64,000 bases of DNA from Lepidodermella squamata. Lineage: Eukaryota; Animalia; Gastrotricha. Positions 48,301 through 60,300 of the stretch are shown piece by piece. Position numbers and translations under genes: made by a program. The stretch lies in contig JBLDXI010000048.1 of NCBI GenBank assembly GCA_047495785.1, positions 1,178,001 through 1,242,000 of the forward strand, in the 5' to 3' direction. How positions within the stretch are numbered: position 1 is the stretch's first letter; the number at the start of each line of letters is the position of its first letter. The notes below the pieces were generated by a model, which was not told the origin of the DNA, ran no database searches, and worked only from the letters and a program-made list of their open reading frames with translations.

Positions 48301-51300
48301 AATTGGCGCGCAAAAATGAGCCGTTATTAAGGCGCACGGGCAATGTTGATTACTCGGGCTGTAAAGACCTCGCCTCATTTCAACCCGTCACATTTCGCAC
48401 CCCTGAGTCGTTTATCCGGCTTGAAAAATGGAGTGCTAGAGAAAATGGGTCGATCCAGTTTAAATTTCAAACAACCGAAGATCGCGGCCTGTTGTTCTAC
48501 AACAGCGGCGGCCGTGGTGGCGATTTTGTCCACCTTGAAATTTTCAACGGATATTTGAGGTTCGGCATCTCAGTCGGCGGGTTGGTTCAAGACCTGCCTA
48601 TGGTTCAAATTTTTAACGAAACCCGGGTTAATGACGGGCAAGTTCACGCGGTTCGAATTACGAAAATGATGCCGCCGCAGTCGAGCGGAACGGTCCAGAT
48701 CACGCTGGACTCAACGCCTCGGCTGTTTTCGATAACTGGCGATTATCAGTTTCTTGATTTGGAGAATTACATGTACATTGGCGGGGTTGATCCGTCGATT
48801 CCTGTTTCGAGAAGCGCATATACAGCGGTTTTAAGGCGCGGCTTGGTTGGATGTGTCCAAGATATGGAGATTAATGGCAAGAAAATCAATTTGGAAGCGG
48901 AGGCTCGATCTCAAAGTAAGTAAAAAATTTGAAATTATTTTAATAAAATTCAGCGATTTTACAAATTTTGGAAGAATCTTAATGAAATTTCAAAAATTCA
49001 AAAATTTCTTCAAATTTCAAATTTCTTCAAATTTCAAAATCAACTTATACTTATATTTTGAAAAACTTCTGAAAAAATTTAATAATAAATTCTGATTATA
49101 TTTTGAATTTTTGAATTTTTTGCTAATTCGATTTTTCAATATAAATTCAATAAAAAAATTAATTCGATTGGCCATCAACATGATCAAAATTAAATATTAA
49201 TTCGGCAATTTTTTAATCAATTTTCGAATTTTTTTAATTTTAGATGTGAACGATGTGGGATTTTATTGCCAAACCACGCAAAGCCATTGCGGTCCAACAA
49301 ACCCGTGTCTAAACGGCGGTACATGCCAAGAAGGCTGGAACCGCTTCATCTGCGACTGTTCCGCAACTTCAATGACCGGCCGCGTCTGCGAACGCGAGGC
49401 CGTAGTCGTTGATTTCGCCGGCCCGGGCAACACCCTAGTCCTGCGGCTGCCCTTTGAAAGCCAGAGCGAACTTGAAGAAATTTCGTTCCGCTTCAAAACC
49501 GTCTCGCCGAACGGCCTACTACTGCGGACATTTCCGAAATTAGGCGGTGATTCACAGATGAGATCAACCGATCGGTTACAGCTATCTCTTATCGAAGGCG
49601 ATTTGGTCCTAGAAATCGAAATGGGCAGCGGAAAAACGGTGAGTAATTAAATATATTTGCGCGCGCAAAAAAATAGATCAAAGGAAATAGCGCCTTAATG
49701 TGCGCGCATGAAAAATATGGGTCATTCAAATGTGAAATTTCAGGTTTTACGAATGGCTGGTACCTCTGCGAATACCGTGGGTGGTTGCCATCAGCTGCGG
49801 GTCGATGACGGCCAATGGCACGCTGTTAAATACCACCGTCTTCGGCACTCTTTATCGCTGAAAATCGACAACTGCCAAAAAACAGGTATGTGTATTTCGA
49901 TTTTTTTTACCGAAAAATTCTCTATTGGCCTGTGAAAAATTTCGCTTTAATTTCTTCAAAAATTTCGTGCTCTAATACCTGTTGTACCTTTGTTATAAAA
50001 CAAAAAATCTCGGGGATGTAAAGATGTGATAATGCATGCCATCAATACGCCGGCCACCCTGGAGATAAGCCACATCCTACTCGGCTCGGCTATGGCGCCG
50101 AGTGACGACGTAATCGCTGCAACACAGGCCACGTTAATCCCGACAAAACCAAACGCATTCGCCGCCACTCCATCGTCGTCGTCCTGGATTATAGGCCGAA
50201 GTGCTGTTAACGTCCGATCGCTGGCAAGGCGCGCTAATCGCACGGCTAATTTCCGCAGACCACGGGGTATTTAACGCAAACACAACAAATGATAGAACAG
50301 ATGGTTTTTTGAGCACTCGAATGGGTGTTTGAGTGTTTTTTGGTGTTTTTTCAAACCCGCAACTATGTATATGGATTTTTCGTGTCTCTTTCTCTGCGCG
50401 CAAATCTTTCAAGTCACACGTCTGTAAACAATCGTAATTTAGTTTAGAATACTTCGATATCGAGTCGGTTATAACAGTATAGGTGCATCCTTTCTATATA
50501 TGGTCATGCGAACACTTTCTTGCACGTTTTGTTAATTATTCCGGATTTTTCCCGAATTTTTCTGATATTTTTTTTTCAATTTTTTCTCAGGTACGGTGGT
50601 TGGTAAGGACTATCTACTGGACACGGATCAATTAGTCCTTGGTTCATCGAATTGGAGCCCGTCCGCTAGTATGCCCGGCCGGCCGCAGTACGCCGAGCTG
50701 ATGGCGCCTAGAACCGGCGGGACAAATTCGATAGTGCCGAATTTTGTCGGCCAAATTCAGCAGTTCACGTATAACAACATCGATTTCTTCGAAGACTTGG
50801 TCGGTGGCCAGTCTTCGGTTGCTGCCTCGGCAGCCGGGCCCAGCCCAAGCCCGACCCAGGTCAAACCGCGCAATTTGATCGTTCAAAACTCAGCGCGCAC
50901 CGTCGACATGTTCGCCGGGCCGAAAATTACCGATGAAATTACGTTCAAAGTAAGCGAATTTAGTCATAAATTTCGCATAAAATAAAAAGGGGAAAACCAA
51001 GATTTAGGAAAAATGTGAGAAAAATTGTAGAAAAATTAGAATTTTTTTATTTTATTGCTGAATTTTTTAAATTTTTTAAATTTTAAAATCTTGAAATTTA
51101 AAAAAATTGAATATATATCGGGTGCAATATTTAAAAATTGTAAGACTATTTTATGCTAATTTGGCTCTATTTTAGATGCAAATTATGCATGAGGCTCACA
51201 CTATTCATCTTTGCTGGTAATAAAAGTGTGTGCGTAGTACTTTTATGCGAAGCCTCATTATCAGTTTTTGCATTAGGCACATAAAAGTGTGCATATGCAA

Positions 51301-54300
51301 ATGATGCGCACATGTATTGTGTGTGCCATGCTAGAACGGGGAAGGGCGCGCAAAGCTATTGCCACTAAACTTACCTGGCACTGGGATGTCCCGCGATCAA
51401 CAAGGCGGGCGCCCCAAGGCGAGGCGTGCCATTGCACTTCGGCGCGCTGACCCTTGCGCTTTGCCTCATCGGCGGAGTCGGGTGCAAAATATTTCACTTG
51501 GGTATCGGCGTTCGCGCCACACCCGAAAATTCAAAAACAAATATCCTAATTAATCCAATTTATCGAATTCATTGATGGAAATCCGGAATTGATGAAAAAA
51601 ATTAATTTCAATTTGTTAAATTTACGTTATTTTTTTGCAGAATACGGAAACGTATTTGAAAATAGATGTTGGGGCGACGGCGTTTTCGTCCTTGTACAGG
51701 CAGTATTTTCAGCTGACGGTGACGCCGTCGTCGTCCTCATCCGTACTACTCGTGTCTTTCCTATTTCGAACCCGCCAAAAAGACGGCCTGCTGCTCTACT
51801 GGGGCCAGCCGCGCCAAGACTTTGTGCTGCTCGAGCTAACCGCTGGCTACCTTGTTTACGTTTTCGACACCGGTGATGGCGTCAAGGTAACTAAATTATC
51901 ATACCTAAATAAACCTTAAATCAGAAAATGCAGAAAAATATTGAAAATATGACTAAAATGATGTTCTTAACAAGTTTCGAATTTTCATGCGGCGTTCAGA
52001 ATTGATAAAAATTGACCTTGAACTGAGATGAATCGTTGTGTTTACAGACTTCAGAGTCGTATCAAGACAGTGAGGTATCTATCATCGCAGTGTTTAACCC
52101 TATTCATTTTCAATTTTATTATTATTTAAGAATCTATAGCTACATATACCTACGTTCCAATGCTTTGGAACAGTCTTCGGTTCTTTCCCCAAAATTCTCA
52201 GAATTTTCCCAAATTCCAATGCCTGATTAGCTAATCCATTTTCTTTCGAATTACAACCTCCTCCATTTAGTAGTCTGAATTAGGAAAAATATAGGAAATT
52301 CATGAATTTCACCTTCTGTCGCTTAGAACCTTCTTTATTTGCGATTTTGTTTCAATTTCAATTTTAAAAAGATGTCAAAAATGTAAAAACAAAGTCCAAC
52401 TGGAATTTTATGATGGGATGCTGGGAACTTTTAAAGGGAAAAAATAGAAAAATTTGATTACTCATTTGTGTGGCATACCCAGGAAAATTGTTGGGAAAAT
52501 CTTACGCCGGTACCAAATTTAATTTAATTCTATACCTCACCATTTTATTCGATATTTAACTGATTAGGGTTAGGACACAGAGAAAGAAATGACCTTTTTC
52601 TCTTCTCTCGGGTTAGGGTTCGGTGAGTCGTGATCGGGTTAGGCTTTGGGTTAGGTTGGGGTTGAGGGCTGGGTCTTGAAATATGGGATAATTCGTCAGG
52701 GTGAAAATCGAATTTTTGTTGTACAATTATTTGAAAAATCAATAATATTATGGTTTTGCGATTGAGTTCAGAATCCACGCGAAGTGTAGGAATCTAAATC
52801 CAAGATTTCCACGAAATCGTGCTATGAGTTCTCGAAATCTTCTGAGACAAGTAAAATTAATGACTATAATTTCGGTCTCAGATCACTTTATCGACATCTT
52901 GAGGATTAAATATAGTCAAAAATCTTGAAATGTTACCTAGAAAAGCGAACTACCTTAGATTAGGATTCTTTTTCTGCCTTTGACTTCTGAGTTGAAAATT
53001 ATGTTGAATTTTTCAGAATTTTCTTGATTAATAATTTTGACCCGGATGTGTTTGTTTTCGCTTCAGGTACTCGAGGCGGATCCTAAAGACCGGCGCTTCC
53101 TGGCGGACGGCGCGTGGCACCACGTGCAGCTGCTGGTGGTCGACGCCGCCGCCGCCTCGCCGACGCACTACTTCGTCGTCGACCGGCGCGAGCTGAAATT
53201 CTCGTACGCAAACGCGCTGAACCGCAACGTCAACCTAAACCTAAACACGAAAAACTCGTCCCTGTACATCGGCGGCCTGCCGTCCGAGGCCTTCCAGGAC
53301 GGCTTCTTCCTGCCATCGGTTGTGAGCGCCCGCGCCGGCTTCGTCGGCTGCCTCGCCAATTTCCAGCTGAACGACGTTTACCTTAACCTAGCGTCACGCT
53401 TGACCGCCTGGACGCGGCCCCAGGTCGGCCAAATCGTGCCCGGGTGCCGCGATTTGACTAAATCCGAGTGCCGAAAATCGCCCTGTAAAAACATGGGCGA
53501 GTGCATAGAAGAGTACGACTCGGTCTCCTGCATCTGTGAAATGACCTCGTTCGACGGACAACGCTGCTCGGACGAAACGTTCGCGCTGCGTTTCGACCCA
53601 GAGCGGCAACAGCCGTACGGGTCGCGGCCGGGTTTCGTCCGCTACGCCCTGCCCGAGTCGACCCAACCAAACACCCTGCGAGACCGCGTCGCCCTGGCGT
53701 TCCGCACGAAATCACTGAGGCGTGGCGGCAAGCGGTCGACCCTGCTACACGTCCTCGGCGCTAAACAGCCCGGCCAGCCTCACCCGGATTTCATCCGAAT
53801 CGACGTTATGTTCGATAGGGTTGAGGTCCAGTACAACATGGGCGTCGATACGGTGACAATGGGCTGGTCCCCACCCTCCGACCGGGCCGGCCTCCAGCAA
53901 CAGGGCGCGTTCAATTTGAACGACGACAAGTGGCACGTTGTGCGCTTCAAACGCTGGGGCCCTAATGCGTCGCTTCAGGTCGACGAACACCCGGAAATTG
54001 TGCGCACGCCGCAAGGTGAGTCGAAAAGTTGCAATTTTTCACGTAATTAGAGTTATATATCAATCGACTCGCCTTGACTCGCCCATTCGATTGGTATATA
54101 TCTCGAATTACGTGAAAAAAATCATTTTTATTCTCTACCTACAGCAAAAATTACCTGCTTGTAGATCCTTGATTTGTAGCAACTTTTTCTATCAATTCTC
54201 TCTCGGAAAAAAATCTGCGAAAAATTAACAATTATTATTATACCCTATATAAATCACCTGTGTTATTATTTTTACCGATATTACTAATTATTATTTTTTG

Positions 54301-57300
54301 AAAAATAACCACAACTAATTCCTGTTTTCCAAAATTAACCAAGACATCATTATTTTTTTTTGTATTCATATAATTTTTGCTCACGATTACCTTTGATATT
54401 ATATTATTGCCATCACAGTTTTCGTCACATCTGCTGGTAAGCACATTGCTGAATTTGAACAGCAATTAGTTTAATTAATATATATATGTGGGAACTAGCC
54501 TTATTAATTACAATAATTCATCATCATTTATCGGAAAAAAATTCACATATTTTCGTCGTGTTTTTTTAATTTTTCCGCGTACTATGATTTATTTTAGTTT
54601 TAATTTTTTCGATTTCTGCCTGCCAAATTTTTCGTCACCTTTTCCGCTATTATATAGCTGGAAGTTGCATGCGTGTCGCTATAAATTTTCGGTTTTCGGA
54701 GTGCATGCTTGTTTCTATTTTTATTTTTGAGTGTCTTTATTTGGGAACTTTTTCTTCGTTTCATTGCTTACCAATGTTGTGTCCGTAGTTGTAAAAAACG
54801 AGAAATCACCCTGAAATTCAGCATGCGAATTTTCTATTCAAAAAACAATTAATTAAAATCTGCATTTATTTTTGGCGTAATTTTTGAAATTTAACAGGTC
54901 GTATCTATTAGCTTAGTCGTTGTGTATTTAATTTCCGTTAGTATAGTTCGTTGAAAAAACGAAACAAAACATCAATCAAATTCACCGCTTAACAACCAGA
55001 TTAATCAATTTTACACTCGTATTAAATGCTATTAAAAATCTGGTTGTGATATCGGAATTTCACGTTTCAAAGGTATTAATTTGTTGTTTTTTGCGATTGA
55101 ATTTTTTCCAGATCACAAATTTCGAACTTTCAACTCAATAGCCGACGTCTATATAGGCGCCGGTGTAAAAGATGACTCGGTTGTCGATGCATTTGCTGGC
55201 CGGATTCGAGGTACTTTTTGAAAATTTTGAAAGTTTCGAATTTTTATATCTTTTTTTCTTTTTTTTCCAGGCCTCGTTTTCAACGGAATTCCGCTTATTA
55301 GATGGTTCGGCGAAGGCCGTCGCGATCGATTTTCTAGCGATACGGTCAATTTCTTGGAAGATTTGAGGTTGGTGCCAAATATTTCCGCCCTAATAATTTA
55401 ACTCTGGTGCAATTCGGTCCTAAAAAAAATCGAGCATATATCTTTTATTCTCTCTCTCATGTCTAATCGCATTTCCTCGAGACCGGCAATTTCGGCGTCT
55501 ACTTTTAGGCCCGATTATTTATACATCATATGGGGGTTATTTTTATTCAATTTAATTTCGCCCTCTCCGAGACGTAAAATCTTGCGTATAATTTATATCG
55601 CTATTATATAGGATAAATGTTTAAACAAGATGCGCATTTTAGGGACGCGCGGTTTCGCTTGGTCCCTGCGCGGCGCGAAGATGGCCTCGCGATGCGATTA
55701 AATGCGCGCGCCGCGCTCGCTCTCTAAAACCGATTTCAATGATTACACTCGAAATTTTGATGCGCAATATTTCCTCGCGATAATTTTTTTTCATCGTCGC
55801 TCAACTCAGTGCGCGGAATTTTATTTATTATTTATTATTGTTGTTATTTTTATTTTCCTCAACTTGTCAAAATCTTGTATTATTTTTTGCGCGGCTATTT
55901 ATTGCGAGAAAAACCGATTTTTATATGATAATTTCGGCGACAGAGCGTGAAACACGGCACGCTTGATTGACGATTTTTCTCATCATTATGGTGGCGCATT
56001 GATTTTTTGTCGCGCTTCTTATCTCTACAAAGTTTTTCTACAAAAATCCGCCTTAAAAATTATTTTTATACTTACGCAGGCGAATTTAACGTTACAATAT
56101 ATTACAGTATATAATCTGATAAGTAAATAATAAACAACTTGTTGTCGAAAAATCAAATTTCAACCGGACCGAGCAAGAAGAAGATTGTTGCCGAGTGCAT
56201 CAGCAGCTGATTCGACACCGGAAGAAGCGAAAAAAGCGCCTCTAATACGCGCGGGACGAGTCGAGAAGCAAGTTTGTTTGCTACTTTATTACTATGTATA
56301 TTGCTATCATCATCGTCGGTTTTTATCATCTTCGGTGGTTTTTATAATAATTTATTCGACGCGCCTCGTTTCGCAATTTAGCTGAAAAGAAAACAGGCTG
56401 GGATAATAACATAAGTGACTACGCGCGCAGCAAAAAATCCTAATTTGATTCGGCCACAGACGATGGCTTATATACTTGACAACTTTTTTTTCAGGCCTTC
56501 CGCACATGAAGAAATTCAGGCACTTCATTACATTAGTATTTCGCCTCGCCATTGCTAATAGACCGCGGTCACTCGTGTGTTGTAGTAGCCATTGAAAATT
56601 GACGTGATATAATGCGTTTTTTTGCGTCTTGACATGCGCTTTATCACATTAAACCGAATCGCGTGTGATTTTTCCGAACTTTGACATGCCGCCTTTCATT
56701 ATTAGCCGGCAGTCCCTTAAATTACAATTGTATCTCGGTGCGAAAATTTCCGCATTTCCTGGGCTTGTAATTTCTTAAAATAAAAAAAGTATTTTATTTC
56801 TTTTTTACTGCGACATAATTTCTCGTGTTCTGTGATCCGTGAAGCGCGACATGTGATTTATGTGTTATTATTTTGCAGATGCGCGCTATTCATTCTCATT
56901 TTAATAGGCGTATTAATTTCTAATAACTAAAACATGGCTTTTTTACAAAACGCGCGCGCGCACCTTTTGACTCACATTTTTATGCGCGTCTCAAATTTTC
57001 GCGGCCGCTTTTCATCTGGCTAAAATTCGCCGCTTGGCCCCGGCCTTTCATGTATATATCTAGTAAATATTAGAAATTATACCTGTAAGAGGTATGTAGT
57101 AATCTAGCGTCTTACAAGGTCACTTGAGAGAGCGATCGGCGCGAGACAGGCCTCTTAATATAATTAGTCTGAGTACGTCTCAGTTAATCGGATGCTTATA
57201 GCTATAAATAAAAACAAAATTTCGTGACCCTCGACAATTTTTTTCCGCCGTTGTTTTTCGTTTTATTTATTCCGCCCTGCTGTAAATGATATTTAGCGTT

Positions 57301-60300
57301 TCGCTAATATTTGCCCTCGACAATTGAGTCGCAGTCGTTTGATTTGCCATTAAATATTTACCCGGTGCGTAAAAATTTTGTTTATACCATCATCATTATT
57401 ATTATCAATCGCCGCCTTTTGATGATGATAAACATGATGTCGTAGAGCGGGCGGGCCACGTGCTGTCATAAAAATTCGATTTTTATTACCATCGTCGTCG
57501 AGACACACTCGAACGCATCTCTAAACAGCGCGCGCGCAAAAATCTGGCCGCCTTAATTGCTTCGTTTTTCGCTCCGAATTTCGTTCGTTCGCTCGTTCGG
57601 CCAGTGCTCGATATTTCGATTCCATCTCATCTACCTATAGTTGTGTTATTTCAGGCGCCATAAAAGTTGCATGTTATTGTTATTTTATTATTACCCTACA
57701 GCTAGCTACAACGTGTCTAATGTAGGAACAAAGCTATTTCCATTGGTATTGTTATTAGGCAGCAGCGTTACTGGACACCTTGAAGTGCGCGCGCCACTGC
57801 GGCTACATTTTAAGGCGGTGGTGGTCGTCAGGTAATATATGTGGGAGGCGAAAATAATAATTGATAATTGCGAATACGCGCGCACTCGATTTTTGCGAGG
57901 CCAGCGGCATGCATCGAGCCGTGATGGCTTAATAAGTGCGGTGATTTATCATTATATATCTCTCTTACACCCGGGCTCGCCTGTTTTGTTTGCGCGCGCA
58001 GTTGGCAAAATACACTTTTCGCGCTCTGTGATAATATAATATGTTTTAAGGTATAGGACCCGCTATATATGTTATTCCTGGGGGTGCGGCGGCGGAATAA
58101 CCGGGCGGCGAATGATAGATGAGCGAGCGTATCATCATCACCGTCCGTCGATGGGCTTATTACAAGACACTACGAATACAATAACAATAATGCAATAAAA
58201 CCAGCTGCTGCGCGCTTTTTATTAGCGCGCACGCGCACACGCGCGCAGTCGGTTAATTCATGCGCTTGGTCCACTCGACGCGGGCGCGCGCTTAATTTTC
58301 TTCGACTGCTGGCCTTTTTACGTTTTTATTACTTATTATCATTAACTCTCGACATCCTACTACTACTACAACTACAACTACTACCACTAGGTATAGTTGG
58401 GACTTTGTATCGCACGAGCGCGATACAATATATACCCAGGTTACTATTTTTACCCTATTTTTAGCCTGAAGAAATGTGAGATTGTCTTTCTCGGCTCTAT
58501 TTGTTTGGCATGGCAAAAAATCTGATATTACGATGACAGTGCCACTTGAGAGTATGACAAAATGCACGAGTGCAATCGAGCGTATCCGTGCCTGGTGGTC
58601 TCGCCCCTTTTTCTTGACGACGATGACGAACCCAATTTTCCATCACTTCATAGCAGAAAAAAATATATACCTCTCATTAATTATTAAACGCCTGCCTTCT
58701 AATCACTATTTGAGTAAGCAGTTTTTCGGATCGATTTACTCTCTCGGTTCATCCAGGGCGTAATTACCTGGATCGGTTCTTCTATACTCTAAAATATTGT
58801 AGGAATAATCCAAGAAATTTCGAAAATATTTTCCGCGGTTTATTATCCAAGTGCATCATCACTCTTGAGCAAAAAATGCCGAAAATCCAGCTTATTTCCA
58901 TTTGATCCGCTTTAAAAAAATCGCTATAAAAATATTGATACTTCTCAGGCTATTATTACGGCATTTTATCAATATTTAGTCTCTCACGTTCTAATATATT
59001 GCTCGATTTTTTTATACTCCGAATTGTTACCATTTTTTATAACATTTTCCCTAAAGGAGGGTGGATGTTTCAATTTTTTGTTGAATTACAATTTTATTTA
59101 ATCAAAACGACGACGGCGGTGAGGCGGTGAAAAATTTGATTCAGTGATTGTGAAGCCGCCTTAATAAAAAATCGCAAAAAATGGCGCCGTCGCGTTTGTG
59201 GTGTTTCATGGACGTTGGCAATTGCGTGGTTTCCGTTTTCAGACTGCCCATATCGAGCCCGGAACCGCCACAGCCGCCGCCGCAAACCGCCGCCACAAAG
59301 CCGGCCGCCGCAGTTAACACTCGCCAGCAGGAGAGGCCTGGTACTACGCCGCCAAATATGTTTGTTAAGGTGAGCGTTTTAAATATCAACACACATCAAG
59401 TGCTTTTTATACACCCAATGGACTATTTTATAGACTATATATTTATTGTAAGAAAAATCATCATGTTTTATCAATATATTAACAGTTGGGGCTGGTTTCT
59501 GTTCAAAATCAAACGTTATAGACACCCTGTATAACATCATGGGTGTTATAGGGAGATAATATTATTTTTAGCGCGTTTTATACACCCTGCTAATGATTTG
59601 CGTATATTTTTACTTGTGTTTATTTATTGTTATTATAACGCGCCATATTATATAGGGTGTTTACACCGGCTGCCTGCCATTTCGAGGCGCATATCCAGAA
59701 TGCATATTTTACCAGTTTTGGCACAGATATTTCACGCTTCATCGCTCAAATCTTACGAAAATTAGCGAAAATCCATTGAAATTATTTTTAACAATTTTCC
59801 CAGCCGTAAATATTAAGGAATTTTTAGCCGATAATTTCATCTCTAAAATTCTGTATTTGTTCAAAAAAATATTCATTTTCCAAATTCGGAATTTTTTCGG
59901 TATTTTCGGTATTTTTCAGTATTAATAATTTTGCCCAATTTCGGTAATAATTATTTGTGATTTATTTAGACAACCACTGAGTCAGTTCGACCAGGCGATT
60001 TGATACGCCCGACTGACGCAACGTGCGTGACCGATCCGTCGTCGTCGCGCTGCACGTCTACGCCGGTGTCTAGCGTAGACTCGTCCGATCTCGTCTCGCC
60101 CATCTCGGTTACCGAGCGCTTCGATTTCGTCGCCACTTCGCCTTCAGTCGGCGCACCGACTAAAGCCCCACCGCCGCCGCCTCCAGCGCCAAGCCAGCAA
60201 CCGGCGCTACCTCAAACTAGCCCAGTGCCGCAAACACAGCCACTTTTATCATCGACCCCGTTTACAGGGTGAGTTGAAATTTTCGTATAAAAATTCGATC

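Noticed and set aside
51176-51216. AG...GT-bounded 41-nt segment in neurexin intron 7
   Set aside because: Not a multiple of 3 between phase-0 exons, so no support as a coding exon.
52563-52675. Interstitial telomere / chromosome-fusion scar
   Set aside because: Only a few degenerate, interrupted TTAGGG-like units in one orientation; better treated as a G-rich repeat fragment.
53114-54014. Alternative-frame and antisense ORFs over neurexin exon 9
   Set aside because: Expected shadow ORFs of a GC-rich coding exon.
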